NCBI GenBank assembly: GCA_964016885.1
Contig: OZ024749.1
Span: 54,746,001 to 54,810,000, forward strand
Source of the DNA: Eledone cirrhosa
Taxonomy: Eukaryota
Length of the DNA stretch: 64,000 nt
Direction: 5' to 3'
In this document: positions 44,790-60,339 of the stretch, in pieces
Numbering within the stretch: the stretch's first letter is position 1
How the letters are laid out: each line of letters opens with the position of its first letter
Notes under the pieces: generated by a model
The model's database searches: none
The model's input: only the letters and a program-made list of their open reading frames with translations
What the model was told of the DNA's origin: nothing
Made by a program: the position numbers and the translations under genes

Positions 44790-45433
44790 GCGGTGGATTG
44801 GCAGTATCGGTAGAGAGTCGGAGGTCATGCTTTACAGCAGAGTTACGTCCCTTTACGGACTGAGTTCAAATTCCGCCGAGGTTAACTTTGTCTTTCATCC
44901 TTACGGGGGTCGATGAAATAAAGTACCAGTAATACACTGGGGTTATTGTTGGCCTTGTGCCAAATGTAAAAATAATTATCATTATTGCTTTTATTATATT
45001 TTATTATAAATGATAACGGTGGATTGGCCGTATCAGTAGAACATCGGTCAACGTTTCACAGCATAGTTACGGCCCTGTACGTTCTGAGTTCAAATGGCGG
45101 CGAGGTTAGCTTTGCCTTTCATCCTTACTGACTCTGCTCCATGATTAAGAGGGTGAAGACAGTTATCTCCCTTAGAATATTATCAATATAAAGAAACTTT
45201 TCCATGTTTAGATAAACAAATATATATCAATATATTATATAACATCGGGGTGGTGGATTGGCAGTATCGGTAGAGGGTCGGACGCCATGCTTTCCATAGT
45301 TACGTCCCTTTACGATCTGAGTTCAAATCCCGCCGAGGTTGACTTTGCCGTTCATCCTTACGGGGTCGATAAAATAAAGTACCAGTAATGCACTGGGTAA
45401 TTGCTGGCCTTGTGCCTAAAGTAGAAACAATTA
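44790..45433 (+). mobile_element. Three tandem-oriented SINEs (44790-44978, 45017-45128 truncated, 45247-45433)
   Basis: Each begins ggtggattggc.gtatc.gtaga and carries the B-box gagttcaaat. Confidence 0.92.
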
Positions 45434-45834
45434 TATAACATCTTTGCTACATTCACCAATTTTATATAACTTTGTTTTTGCCATCGCTACATAATGTATA
45501 ACACCTTTCGTTACGTTTTTTTTTTTTTTTTTTTTAATGTGCATAAACACACCCTGAGGCAGATTAAATAATAACTATGATCGTTGGTGTTGTTGTTGGT
45601 GTCGGTGCTGGTGCTGGTGTTGGTGTTGTTGTTGGTGTCGGTGCTGGTGCTGGTGTTGGTGTTGTTGTTGGTGTCGGTGGTGCTGCTGCTGCTGCTGCGT
45701 GAAATATTGGTAGAACTTTCTCCCGTAAAACCAAAAATAATAATCTGCGTCCTTTTCCTTCTTTATTTATTATTAAACAAACAAATAAGAAAAATGAAAC
45801 ATAAAAATTACTGAAAAAACATAACACTATATAT

Positions 45835-45952
45835 TTGTGTATATGTATGTATATATACATATGTATGTGTGTATATGTATGTATGTATGTGTATATGTAT
45901 ACACATATATATGTATATATATATATATGTATATATATATGTATATATATGT

Positions 45953-46008
<56 letters not shown>

Positions 46009-46020
46009 GTATATATATGT

Positions 46021-46068
<48 letters not shown>

Positions 46069-46074
46069 GTATAT

Positions 46075-46150
<76 letters not shown>

Positions 46151-46181
46151 GTATGTGTATATATATATGTGTATATATATG

Positions 46182-46216
<35 letters not shown>

Positions 46217-46373
46217 GTATGTATATATATATATGTATGTGTATATATATATGTATGTGTATATATATATGTATGTGTATATATATATGTGTATGTGTAT
46301 ATATATATGTGTATATATATATGTATGTGTATATATATATGTGTATGTGTATATATATATGTGTATATATATG

Positions 46374-46408
<35 letters not shown>

Positions 46409-47010
46409 GTATGTATATATATATATGTATGTGTATATATATATGTATGTGTATATATATATGTGTATGTGTATATATATATGTGTATGTGTATATATAT
46501 ATGTGTATGTGTATATATATATGTGTATGTGTATATATATATGTGTATGTGTATATATATATGTGTATGTGTATATATATATGTGTATGTGTATATATAT
46601 ATATGTGTATGTGTATATATATATGTGTATGTGTATATATATATGTATGTGTATATATATGTGTGTATGTGTATATATATGTATGTGTATATATATATGT
46701 GTGTATATATATATGTGTGTATATATATATGTGTATGTGTATATATATATGTGTATATATATGTGTATATATATATGTGTATATATATATGTGTATATAT
46801 ATATGTGTATATATATATGTGTATGTATGTATATATATATGTATGTATGTGTATGTGTATATATATATGTGTATGTATGTATGTATATATATGTGTATGT
46901 ATATATGTGTATGTATGTATATATATATGTGTATGTGTATGTATGTATGTATATATGTGTATGTATGTATGTATATATGTGTATGTATGTATGTATGTAT
47001 ATCTGTATAT
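45835..47010. repeat. ~1.2-kb (TA)n array with TG interruptions
   Basis: Read directly; opposite strand polarity to 32205-38210. Confidence 0.97.
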
Positions 47011-47669
47011 AAATAGAAATAGTAATAATTTTAGTTTTCTAAATAGAACCTATTAAGCACCGGAGATATTGAACAATAGAGAATTGCTTGGGTCTATGCA
47101 TGCAATTATAGTCACTGCGATCATATTCTATAGAATCGGTCGTAACTTTCTCTGTTGATTTGGCGCCAAATAAAACCAATAATAAACCAATAATAATGTT
47201 AATAATAATAATAATATTGATACAAATCAATAACAACGTTGTTTCATAATCATTTATAAGGAGAAAGCATAAAAAAGATGAATTAAACATGCAACTCACC
47301 CTCTCACTTATATACACATATCCATACACTTGTTAATACACATATACAAATATATTTACACACACATATACACAAATAAAATTGAATGATTTGAAAATAA
47401 CTTTTTCCTTTTCATCCTAGCAGAATATATATATATATATATATATAATGTGTGCCTGTATGTATGTAAATATGTGTGTATATATCATGCTTCTCTTTTT
47501 CTGCTTTTGCTAACGCACATATATGTATGTATACACACACACACGTGTGTATGTATGTAATAGACACAAGGAGAAAGAGGGAATATCTTGAATGTGTAAT
47601 GACGATTTTCATTACGTGTTGCAAAACACCTGTTTTCGATCTGTATCCATGCAAGATCAGCGTACTTCA

Positions 47670-47718
<49 letters not shown>

Positions 47719-48348
47719 TATTGATAAGGGTAATAAAACTAATATTATTTATAAGTGAGCTCATAAGTTATGCCGTCGCCCCCTCTTCTTTTACCAATAC
47801 AGACACGCAAGCAGTTATATCCCCGCATACACATCCATATATAGACAAACACTTTGAAACACTATTATACATACATACATGTACATACAAGTATTATCAC
47901 ACATAAGTAAATATAGACTATAAATAAACCAAATACAGTTCTTTCTCTGCAATATCACCTAAAACTTAACAGTTCGATACAATACACAGAGATCGATAAA
48001 GTACATACCAGATGTTAGAAAGGTATTGGTTCGATATAGTTATGTAAACCTCCGGAGTTGGTAACCAACTTGGTCGCAGTATCTTTAGATGGTTGAACAA
48101 ATTTATCCACGATATATTTTTATGACACTTTCCGTAGCGAGTTCAAATTCCACCACGGTGAGCTTCGACTTCCATTCTTTCTGTTCAGGGGCTAAAATAA
48201 ATATCAGTAAATGTATTGTGTTAATAGACTTGCTCATTCCTCTCATAATTTGCTGGTGTTGTGTGTGAAATAGAAATTAGGATTCTCATTGCCATGTCGC
48301 TCTCCCTCACTATATGTATAAATCTATCTCAGTTTAGTGGCAATGAAA

Positions 48349-48510
48349 GGCCGTGTATTGGCAGTATTGGTAGAGCGTGGGGCAACGTGCTTTGTGGGAT
48401 AATTACGACGCTTTGCGTTCTGAGTTCAAATCCCGCCGAGGTTAGCTTTGCTTTTCATCCTCACGCGGTCGATAAAGTAAAGTACCAGTAACACACTAGG
48501 GTCGATTTAA
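48349..48510 (+). mobile_element. SINE (main family); a more decayed copy lies at ~48055-48285
   Basis: attggcagtattggtagag...gagttcaaatcccgccgaggttagctttgc. Confidence 0.88.
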
Positions 48511-48610
48511 CCGTCTTCCACTTCCTCCAAATAGTGTTTGTCTATACACACGGATTGACACACAGACACATACAGACACATACACACACACCACACACAC
48601 ACACACACAC

Positions 48611-48641
<31 letters not shown>

Positions 48642-48910
48642 CGCATACACACACATCCACGCATACACACACATCAAGTCACAAACATACACATATACAT
48701 ATATGTAAACCACATGTTTGCGTGTATACATTTGAAAGAATCTTTACGTAGCGAAAATTAAAATCTATGTAGGAATAGAAACATCAAAGGAAGAAGCTAC
48801 TTTCACACTTATATTGTAGTGTTGTCTAAAATAGCAAAGTAAAATATCCATGGAAGGAAACCTGCTAAGCGCAGTGGGTAATAAAATGCATATATTATGA
48901 TTCTATCTCA

Positions 48911-48962
<52 letters not shown>

Positions 48963-49303
48963 AAATAAAACAACAAACACATTTTCATAGCCTTTGCAAA
49001 CATATATTACTTTGTTGTGGCGGAACAATTATAATAATTGACGATCGTATACTCAACTTCAACATACACCTTGTATACATATAGTGCAACATCTGAACTC
49101 TGTCTGTGTGTGTGATTATATATATATATATAAATTGTTTTTACTATAGGCTCAAGGCCAGCAATTTGAAGGGAAGGGAAAAGTCGATTAAATGTGTGTG
49201 TGTGTGATAAACGGACGAGTTTCGGAAAGCCGGTACAATGCGGTAGAAATACATTAAAGGCGGAGAGGATGACAAAATCAAACAAAATAATGTTTTTACC
49301 CAG

Positions 49304-49361
49304 CATATTTACTTCAACATAATATTTCGGGGTTTAACCCCTATTTTCAAATGTAAACACG
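49304..49361 (-). ncRNA. Decayed or variant hammerhead-like motif with a tail ending in (CA)n
   Basis: Minus strand: CGUGUUUACau-uugaaaa-ua-GGGG uuaaa CCCC-GAAA-uauuauguugaa-GUAAAUAUG; helices present, core mutated. Confidence 0.35.
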
Positions 49362-51622
49362 TAAGCTGCTCAAAACAAAACGATCTGTGCGCACACACTC
49401 ACACACTACACATACGGTAGATAAATACCAGTAATATACTGTTTTCGCTTTAATTGAATATTAGGTTCTTAATTTAGATTTGAAGGTTTTAAGAAAACGT
49501 TTTTCTGCCAGGATTTTTGACCAGTAGATATTATCAGCATTGGAAAGCCCAATGGAAACATTTTCTTGGACCGAATTGATGAGTTCCAGTCCCACTCGGT
49601 AAGCGAATCAGATCTGGTCTCTTGTCGATCAAACTCTTTAAGAAGACGTTAATATAATATTAATTTTCTACATATATTCGTTAACATTACTACACAAAGA
49701 TACACGTATCTATCAGCCATTATGCAGCAAAGGATGCCTGAAACCCTCAGATGTAACTGGCTTCATGTCAAATCTCTGTATGAGGTGATTCTGAACAATT
49801 CTTGTTGTGGCTGAAGTCAATTTTCTATTCAACTATCAAGTGTGTACTTAACTGAAATCAATGCAAAGAATTTAACTGTGGGACAAAATCAATTTCTATT
49901 TAGGACTAACAGAATTCTTTGCTTTAAGAAAGTTAGCTTGGTAAGTTCCATCAACAACACACATCTGTCATACATAAAGAATGATACGGTTAAGGTTAAG
50001 TATGCCCCCGACTTCTGCTTTTTCTCTGATCTGAAACATGCCATCGGGTTTTCTATCTACTTGTGACATGATGACTGACAACGATAACAGAGGGGAGCTT
50101 AACGATAGCACAAACCACGTGATAACATTTCCCTGTCTACCGTAGGCCGTGTAAAATTAAAACTTCTCTTAACGTACACACACTTTCGGGTCAACGTTTG
50201 TCCAATCCCAAGTGATTAGTCGAAACACACTCAGCTAAACAGACATGCACGTTTCCAGCAACAATCTATAAATCTGTCAACCGTTAAAACTAAAGATGCT
50301 ATTGATGGTTATCAGATCATGTGAACATACAACAGGGACAGTGGAAACTTCTTCAGTGGCATTCAGTGACAGTTAATTTAGTAGCCACGTAAACTAACCT
50401 AGAAAAATGAAACGAGAGAGGAGGGAGAATAGAGTAGGAGAGAAATAGATAGGAAAGGAAGAAGAGAGTAGGAGAGGAATATATAGGAAAGAAGGGGGGA
50501 TTGAGGCAGAACGAGAAACTGGCAGGGAATAAGGGAGCAATAGGTAGAGGGAAAAAATGAGAATGAGTGAGGGAGAGTGTGGGGGTGTGGGAAGGGAGTG
50601 GTGCGAATGCGTGTAACTTGTCATATTCCGCTAGGGATGGAAAACGAAGACCTTCTCAAGTGAAGATTTATTGATCTCTATCGTTTGTGATGCAGTAATA
50701 TTTGAAACTTAGCTGCAATGGTAGAAGTCCGTTGAGCATCAACGGAGATTATTACTTTGATGGGAAGCAGGCCACTAATTCGACAAAATTGCCACAATTA
50801 CTTTAACAAGTGGAGTCAAATTTATATGCGATTCAGGGATTACCATAAAAGTTGATGTTTCGTCGTTCGCTTCACCGTCTGTATGCAACAATTATTAGAA
50901 GATACTAAATAATAAAATTAGCGGAATTCCGTTTTAAAAATATTGATATTCCGCATTGGTTTAAGACTACAAATTTCCCGGGGAAGGTTCTTGTTGACCT
51001 CTGGATATGGTTAAAGTATGTTACATTTTATTGATCCCCGTGGGATTTGAACTCAGAAAATAGACGCACGGGACTAAATAATACAAGACTTCATTACTAT
51101 AAATATTTTATGGCAATAGATTACGACAGTTTTATTAGTTTAAAAATATTTATTCCTAACGTTGAAGGCGGCTAATTGGTGAAGTAGGATAGAATGATTT
51201 GCGGTTTTCGATCAGGGACTCTGTATCCTGAGTTCAAGTCCAGCGCGAAGTGAAGTCAACATTGATTTTCATCCTTTGGAAGTCTATAAAATATACCAGT
51301 CATGTAATGAGGTTGAGTCGTCTCAATTATCACTTTTTTCTTCTTTTTTTTTTTAGTTCTATGGAAGAAATCAAGTGTGTTCAAACCTTAACTGATAGGT
51401 TCTAAGTTTAAAATACCCGCTAGATGTCACTGCGGCACCTTTACCACTCCATTAGGAACTTCGCGCACACACACACACGTGTTTATGTGTATATATTTAA
51501 ATAATCTGGCAATCCCCAGCCACTCAGTTTTAAAATATCAATTTACCGCTTAAAGTACACACACACACACATATACATATGCACACACACACACACACAC
51601 ACATATATACACACACACTCAC

Positions 51623-51651
<29 letters not shown>

Positions 51652-51657
<6 letters not shown>

Positions 51658-51720
51658 GTGTCCCCAAAATGTATACACATTTCAACAGTGTGTATACATT
51701 TTATGGGGACACCCTGTGTA
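51652..51720. mobile_element. Minimal Tc1/mariner-like MITE consisting almost entirely of TIRs
   Basis: agggtgtgtccccaaaatgtatacaca-tttcaacag-tgtgtatacattttatggggacaccct inside (TA)n. Confidence 0.75.
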
Positions 51721-51809
51721 TATATATATATATACTTTCGTCAAATCGGACCGAAGAAACAGTTTCCATTGGTCATTCCAATTGCTAATACTATCTATCG
51801 GTCGCAACC

Positions 51810-51936
51810 CCAGGTAGAAGGAGCAACGTGAAATAAAGTGTCTTGCTCAAGGGCATAATGCATTGCACCGGTCCAGGAATCGACCTCACACCCTCACGAT
51901 TGGGAATCTAATTCTCTTACCACACAGCCACGTGCC
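51810..51936 (-). mobile_element. CORE-like tRNA-derived SINE (second family)
   Basis: Minus strand aggcacgtggctgtgtggtaaga...ggtcgattcc...cccttgagcaagacacttta; the ccttgagcaagacact segment resembles the CORE domain as I recall it. Confidence 0.65.
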
Positions 51937-52098
51937 TTTATATATATATATATAATATATATATATATTATATATATATGTGTGTGTACATATATATATA
52001 TATATATGTGTATGTGTGTGTGTACATATATATGTGTATGTGTGTGTGTGTACATATATATGTGTATGTGTGTGTGTACATATATATGTGTATGTGTG

Positions 52099-52159
<61 letters not shown>

Positions 52160-53864
52160 GTGTGTATATTGTTTCATATGTTATGCTTTCAGCTTTTAAC
52201 TTTCTTCCCAGTGAACTGTTTGATTTCAACTTTCGTTAAAAGGTTTCTTTCTATTCTGTCTGACACATCCAACACATATGAACCATTACTATACATTTTA
52301 TGATTTACGACGGATACAAATTATATATTTACTCATAACTAACTTGACATATACCTTTGTAGAGGATGCATTATAATAGAGATTTCCTTCTCTATTTCTA
52401 TATTTAGAACGTTTGTCTACTACATTTCATCATAAACCTAATTTATAAAGAAATGTAATTCGAATGACTTTTTAAAATTAAGAGTTATTTCTATAGCAGC
52501 CAGTTTAAGGAAGGAACGACACGATGCAGTGTGTGTCGCTGGCCATTCTCCACGGAATTCCTTTGCTATTTTGTCCGTGAGGCGCAGAAGAAACACCGCT
52601 CTGACCTGGGTGTAGGATCTGCCACCATTCTCCATTTCTTTCTTCCTTTGTCTAGTAGTCCTTGCTCTTCCCCTCTCATTTATGGAATTTCTAAATTGAA
52701 ATTGAACTTAATACAAAAATCCTTTGCCGTTAATTTCATTTGCTTTAGAAAATTATAAAAAAAAAAATATTACAGAATATTTATTTTTTTCCCCCCAAGA
52801 TTAATAAAATAAAGAATTAAATTGAGGGGGATTGGATTAGATACGTTAGAGTATTCGGTTTAAGACACTATATTGTTCTGAGTTGAAATCCCAACGCAGT
52901 CGACTTTAACATTCGTAATCCTGGCAACGGTAAAATAAACACCATTTATATATTGGTTTTGATACAAACGACTATAACTCTTACACTGCAAAAATTGGCA
53001 TTGTGCCCAATAGAAAACAAATCAATATTTCTTGATTCTTCCATTTTATAAATGTACGAGACGAGATTTTCTTTCTCTAAACAAATTCGTGTATGTCGGG
53101 ATTCTTGGGTAAATTTTAAAAAAAGTTAACACTATATATATATATATATATATATAGCGTTACAATTTTTTAAAGTATATTTATATATGTATATATAACT
53201 TTACAATTTTTTTAAAGTATATTTACATATACACATCCAAATGTATGAATTAAATATTCTATATAAGACAAATAAAATAATTCACTTTTCTTTAAGTCAT
53301 GAATAATTCAATACCAGTGAAAAGAAATAATGATGTATTTTTTCTTCCCAATCCATTCTAACAAATACTATCGATCCGAATTACAAATAACAACAATGAG
53401 AGGGTTTTATTTATTATAAGAAAAACAACAAATTTAAATATAAAAAAAAAAAGGTCTTTACAAAAGGCCCAAGTGGTTAGCATTTTTGTTATGCATTGAA
53501 ACACTCAAAATCTTAACCAGGGAAAATGCTGGATTATTTGTATTGTCCAAGCAATCTTGTAAACTAAAATAATTCAAGTTGAAATAGGGGCAACTCCCAC
53601 AATGATCCAATCAATATGTGTCAATAACATTAGACAAAAAAAAAAAAAATAATAATAATAAATAAATGTAACTGTGTCGTGAGATTTTATTTAATTCTGA
53701 GAATATGAAGTTGTATAAAATTGTATTTTGTATTTGTATAAGGTAGGGACTAGCTGAACAGAAAAATGTGCGAGTGGGTTGGACACTTTAACAAAGAGCG
53801 GGATCAATATTTCGCCCAGCCGATACTAGCCAAATAATTTGTAAGAATAAAAAACGCACACGCA

Positions 53865-53900
<36 letters not shown>

Positions 53901-54202
53901 AACACGCACTTGCACACAGACACAGACAGACACAGACACACAGACAGACACAGACAGACAGACAGAGAGAGAAATGTTTTCCATGACCGGGTTCAGACTA
54001 GTTTTAAATAAATAGCAAATAAATAAATCTAAGAAAGATGAGAAACTCGACAGTGTGTATGGGGGGGGGGGGGGGGTGATTTAGAGATGTATTGACAGAT
54101 ATAATTACCAACGTAGCGCATCTTTGCATGAAGCTGGTGAGGATTGAGACACATCCTGCCACGATCTTCGTATTTCATAGATATATAAGATGTATTGTAT
54201 AT

Positions 54203-54270
54203 AACGGCTGAGCTCTTGCCCTTTCAGCAGCTGTTGAAGTGGCAAAAGGCAGCCGTCAGGCCCCGAACCT
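54203..54270. mobile_element. Decayed family A palindrome
   Basis: acggctgagctcttgccctttcagcagctgttgaagtggcaaaaggcagccgtc between TA-rich flanks. Confidence 0.55.
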
Positions 54271-54322
<52 letters not shown>

Positions 54323-54360
54323 AATTGTCAGATGTGCAGCTTGTGTAGAAACTTTATTTG

Positions 54361-54447
54361 CATATTAAAATTGTTTCAATGTCGATCAGCTCGGGTGTTA
54401 TCAAGGCGAACGGAGCTCAATTTTTCGTCGACATCTCCTCAAATATG
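54361..54447 (-). ncRNA. Family G hammerhead motif with a C3-to-U change
   Basis: Minus strand: CAUAU-uUGAGGA-GAUGUCGA...UCGACAUU-GAAA-caauuu-UA-AUAUG, then AAUAAA and a tail into (TA)n. Confidence 0.6.
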
Positions 54448-55699
54448 TGAGTTCACATGCGTCATTCACCCCCCCCTCCCTATCTCGCTCTATTGTATTT
54501 TTTATTAAAACAATATATAAATATTAGAGAATGAATCGACGCAATCGTCATCGAATACAAGTATTCCCGTTAATAATCAATCATTTGTCATTGTTAAATA
54601 GCCGAATGTTTTAAACCACAGATAAACTAAACAGAACAGCTATTATTACATCTACACACAGTTTATTTATTCCATTAACTAATTGTCTTAAATGGTTCCT
54701 GCAATAAAATGTCTCCTCACTGAGTTGGCTGGTTGTTGTTTTTAACCGATTAATGACTTTTAATAACATTCTATACACAGCAAATATTTATTTTATACTC
54801 ACATATATACAAAGATATACATATGTGTAAATATTAATCTGTACTCACCCGTAACACTATATATATATAAAGTGTGTGTTCATGAATGATTTAACGGGCA
54901 AATTTTGTTCTTCCAATAATGAAATAATATATCTTTTGTAAATAATATATATTGTGTTCAAGAACTAAATTAAATGAGATGAAAAAACATTGTTATCACA
55001 GTCTATATTTCCAAAATATTATCTGCATTTCCTGACAGTAATGGAGAATTATAAAATATATATTAAAATATAAAAAAGACATACAAAAACAAACATTAAT
55101 AAAGTGTCAGTATTTCTCTGATATCTTAACTATAAGAAATATTCACCCGAAGAATAAAGCTGAATAAACAACCATTTTTTGAGTGTTTTAATAAATGAAA
55201 GAAACTCATCCTCAGTGAACTTTCTACGGTCTTTACAACAGCTAAAACAAATGTGAGATGAAAACACTACTTATCAAGTTTGCCTGCATAATCTTCTCTT
55301 CTTCGTCTATTCAATTTTACTGATAGGATCTCTAATTGAGCTGTGGTTACGGTAGATAAGTACTGTATTGTGGGATATAACATTCTGTCGGCCGGGGCTG
55401 TGGGGAGGCCACCGATATGATTGACTGACTTGTCATTTTATCAGTCAGATACTCACTCATCCACTCTTCTACCCATTAATGCTAATAGAGGATTGTTATA
55501 GAAAGTGGCTTCCATATTAGATGTGATCATATATTTCTGTTGGATATATGACGATGCTCAGTTTTATTTGAATTCATCTCGATAAATGCTCACGTGAGTT
55601 CATTGTTTGTAAACCATTAATGATAAACTTTTAACAAGAACCAATGAATACAAATGTGAATTTCTTTGGCGCACAAGTATGTTTTCACTTATCAATGTG

Positions 55700-55900
55700 G
55701 TCTTATAAAACACATCAACTTTTCCTACAATACAATTGCGGTTTTTATCAGAAATATTCTTCAGAACCATAGAAAACAGTGTGATGAATGAGTGCCATGT
55801 AAGAGCATTTTAGGAGTGATGCATTCATACCTCAGTCCAGAAGGATCAATGTAAAATCGTGAATTGTGGAGAGACTTTGTCAGCAATGATGATGATGATC
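55700..55900 (+). pseudogene. Possible highly decayed RTE-like LINE 3' end
   Basis: Ends in NRELWRDFV, resembling the DR-x-x-WR-x-x-V terminus, followed by a (GAT)n tail; no continuous ORF. Confidence 0.3.
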
Positions 55901-57019
55901 TCTAGTATGGATTAATCAGTCGCATTGGTAACATGCAAATTGTCAAGAAGACATAAACAGAAATTAACATAGTATACATATTGTGTACATATTTCTGGAA
56001 TAATGGACGTTTATAAAAGCTATTTAATTGCGATAAAATGTATGTTATAATTTCAAATACATATATTTATATTCGTAAAAATCTCGTGTTTTTAATCTGT
56101 GTTTTTAAATACATCTAATCTTTTATTTACGTGAAACGGTATTTACGAAGCTCGTATATACATACTATAAGAGAAAACAATGATTTTGCTTATCTAATTC
56201 TGCCAAAAGGCAGCTGCAGCCTAATCTATTCCTCCGCCGGCTATTTGCTAATAAAAACAGAACAGATAAGGATAAATTGATAAATGAATAGATAGGTAAG
56301 TAGGTAGATACATACACACATACTTACATAGGTATGTAGGTAAATATTTATAGATAGTTGACTATACAGTAAAGTATTGAGTATTTAGTGGAAAGTTGTA
56401 TACGTGAAATATGAAAATCCATTACTCTACCTGGATTTATATCAAGATGATTGCTAATTATAATTATTCAATTTTAGAAACAATATAAATATGAAATATC
56501 TAGTGAGCCCGTGTCGTCAATGATGGAACTAACGTTGAACGTATTCAATGCAGTGTCCCTTAAAACACAAGAATTACTAAACAAGTATTGTCCCTTATTT
56601 TAACACACATATGAACCAGAATCAGCGATATTGTCGTACATTACGGATAGTTTACGAATTGACTGAGTTTGTCTTCTGATGAGGTTTTTGCCATTTCTTT
56701 TTTAAAGTTTTCACTAATGTGAATATTTCATATATATTTCATTCATATATATATATATATATTATGTGTGTGTATATGTGTGTGTATATGTGCGTATATA
56801 TGTGTGTGTGTATGTGTGTATAGATATGTATATATATATATATATGTATATATATATTGATTACTCTAATTGTGTTTGTAGAAACACATGTAAATTATAT
56901 GTATAAAAACATACAAACAAGCACACGTATATATACATACACGTGCACACACACATACATACATACGAGAGACATAATGAGTAAAAGATACATATGTAGA
57001 TAGAGAGAATGAGTGACAG

Positions 57020-57072
<53 letters not shown>

Positions 57073-57684
57073 GGGCGAGAGAGAGAGAGAGACTGGTACA
57101 CATACACACATACACACACACACACATATATATATACACACACATGCATATACAGAGTGTGAGAAAGAGCAAGAGATCACTAATTTCTAGCTATATATAT
57201 ATATATATATATATGAGAGAATGTGAAATGGCATTCAAAAATAATGGCGTACTTTTTTTTATGAGTCGAGAAAATGTATGATGAAGAAGAGACAGTAAGA
57301 CTGTGTTTCTCAAATGGTCTGCAGACTTGACGTAATGAATTCCCGAGAGCATGCTATAGATAACACTACTTTGCATAACTATAATGGAAGGTGGTGGAGA
57401 GTTGAAGCGACTGAATGAATTGGACGAGCAAAGATAAAGCGATATAGTTGTGGTGGTTTTGAAAGTTTTAGTAACATCAGCCGTTGATAGTTATAAGGGA
57501 CATCCAGCTGTCATCGCCAATTCTATTGGCATGCACGAATTACTGAGTAAGATAGACAGACACAGATAGATAGGCACGCATACAATTAATACACGTATGT
57601 ATGTGTATATATATATGCACACATACACACACATGTAGATGTGTATATCTATACGTATGTATATATTTCTTAGACATACCCGCG

Positions 57685-57715
<31 letters not shown>

Positions 57716-57929
57716 GTCTGTCTGTTTTATATTCACATGTTTAAGTATGTATGCACACACACACACACACACACACACAGAACTAAAGATATATAGACGA
57801 AGACAGTAAACACGGGAAATATTTCTCCTCCATTAAATTTCCGAGATAGTGTGTGTGTGTTATACATGCATACATGTATGTATATATAAATACACAGCAT
57901 ACAATCAATCTCTCTCTATCTCGCTTTCT

Positions 57930-57969
<40 letters not shown>

Positions 57970-58275
57970 CAAACGTAAAACGGAATATAAGTTGCTTTTT
58001 TTCCTGTTATTTTTGGATTACATTTACAGTAATACAAAGTCAGACTTCCATTCTTATGTAGATGAATAGGTCATGGTTAACAACTATTGTTATAATTACC
58101 TGCTTAATTACACCAGGTAATGTACACAAGAAGCTAATTACCTTTTGAATGGAATCATTTCATTCTTGTATATGATTGCGAGACGATTGGCAATATAAAG
58201 ATATATATATATATATATATACATACAGAGAGAGACATCTACTCACAAACACTCATACACATATATATTCATAAC

Positions 58276-58460
58276 TGGCAGTATCGGTAGAGGGCCGGAC
58301 GCCATGCTTTGTAGCAGGGAGTTACGGCCCTTTATGATCCGAGTTCAAATTCCGCCGAGGTTAGCTTTGCCTTTCATCCTTACGGGGTCGATAAAATAAA
58401 GTACCAGTAATGCACTGGGATAATTGCTGGCTTTGTGCCAAAAGTAGAAAGAATTATTAC
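58276..58460 (+). mobile_element. SINE (main family), near consensus
   Basis: A-box, B-box and complete body. Confidence 0.92.
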
Positions 58461-58590
58461 AGAAATTACTTCTACGGGAATACAACTGTTTCATTCGTAA
58501 AATGTCTTACGAATGAAACAGTTCCAGTCCTGTAGAAGTAATTTCTGTATTCCACAAATATACCTATACTCTAATATATTGAGTAACTTT
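58458..58590 (+). mobile_element. Family E fold-back element
   Basis: Hairpin 58458-58549 with a 6-nt loop. Right arm uuacgaau-GAAA-C aguucca G-UC-cuguagaag. Tail motif atattgagta at 58576-85. Confidence 0.75.
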
Positions 58591-59880
58591 TGTAACAATG
58601 GACGCCTCCTGATTTACATCTCTCTCTCTCTCTCTCTTTTTCTCTCTCTCTCTTTCTCTCTCTCTAGAGAGAGATTGTTTCCTCGGTCTGATTTGACGAG
58701 CACCACCCCACTCGTGAAGCGAATGACGTCTGGGATCTTGTTGATCGAGTGTTATATATATATATATGAAGGAGGGTGAGCAACATAGGAGATACATAGG
58801 GTGATAGCAAGAGTAGCACAGAGCAAAGACACATACAGGATGAGATAGAGATAAAGAGAGAGGCAAAGAGAGGGCTGCTGATTTGATGGAGGCGGTTAAA
58901 CACTCAAGTTTACAGACACAAAGACTAATTAGATGATAGACACCATCATTCATTTACCTTAACTTCTCATCTGTAACAAGTACAACAACTACAACAACAA
59001 GAAAAGCCCCCGATCTTCTAGTATGTAGCTGTGATTGAACTTGTGGATAGTATGTTCGGTTCTTTTCTACTTAATTGATTAGGCCAAGCTGACATTGCTA
59101 GATGAATCATGCAATCTTGGCAGAAGATATAAAAAAAAGAAAATATATAAAAATAAACACATACATAAACAAAAATATAAAAAACAAAAATAAGAAAAAA
59201 CGAGAAGCGTTCGTCACGTGACTGTACGATTATTGATAAATAAAATAGGAGGTTCCTTTTGTGTGTCTGTGATAATGATGACGGTTGTGGTGGCGGTAGT
59301 AGTAGTGGTTGGTTAGAAATTGGGCGGGGAGAATAGGAATCTATTCATATATATATACACACACATACATACATTATATATATATATATATACACACAAA
59401 CATACATACATACATACATTATATATACACACATACATACAATATATATATATATATATATATATATTCGTTTATTTATCTATCTAGTTTTTTTCCTTTC
59501 TCTCCTTTTCTCCCTATCAGAATGTTTCAACTAAAGATGTAATTCTGTAATTCACTGTTTGGTTACCATAGAAACAATTTCATAAATATATTTTACGTTT
59601 TGTTTCCTGAAACATTTCGTAAAAAAGAAACGGAAAAAAAAAATACCAGAAAGAAAAAAGAAAAGAAAATCGAAGCCGAAACGATACAAACACACAATAT
59701 AAAACAGTACAAAACAATATAAAACAGTACAAAATCATATAAAACAGTACAAAACTATATAAAACAAGGAATGGATGAATTAAATGATGTAATAAATTAT
59801 GTTGCATATTGTTTATCAAATAATTCTTTATAGTAATAGTTGTAAATGATAAAGTTAGTTATAATGGCATAGGATAGCAA

Positions 59881-59937
59881 TTACTACTACTGCTATTGAT
59901 ACTGCTGCTACTGCTACTACTGCTATTGATACTGCTG

Positions 59938-59970
<33 letters not shown>

Positions 59971-60175
59971 ATACTACTACTACTACTATTACTACTACTA
60001 CTATTGCTGCTGCTGCCATTACTACTGTTGCTGCTATTACTACTACTATTACTGATACTACTGTTACTACTACTGTTGCTACTAATATTACTACTACTGC
60101 TGCTACTATTACTGCTGCTACTATTACTACTACTGCTGCTACTAGTATTACTTATATTGCTGCTGCTGCTACTAC
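59881..60175. repeat. (CTA/CTG)n trinucleotide repeat
   Basis: Read directly; source of the poly-Leu ORF. Confidence 0.95.
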
Positions 60176-60339
60176 AAACTTATCTTGTAAACCTGATAAA
60201 TACCAATACCATCACAAACAAGAGCAACTATTTGCAACAGAGCATTAAGAAAGCAACATATTGATAGGACTGTTTGAACCTCGTATATAATACTTCCTGG
60301 TATTCATTCCTGCTCTGTTTTCAAAGCCATATTTCTAAA

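Noticed and set aside
49512-49598. Possible exon (ttttctgccag ... g|gtaagc)
   Set aside because: All three frames from the best acceptor contain stops; an alternative acceptor gives a short unrecognised peptide (DIISIGKPNGNIFLDRIDEFQSHS); no partner exons found. RNA-seq would decide.
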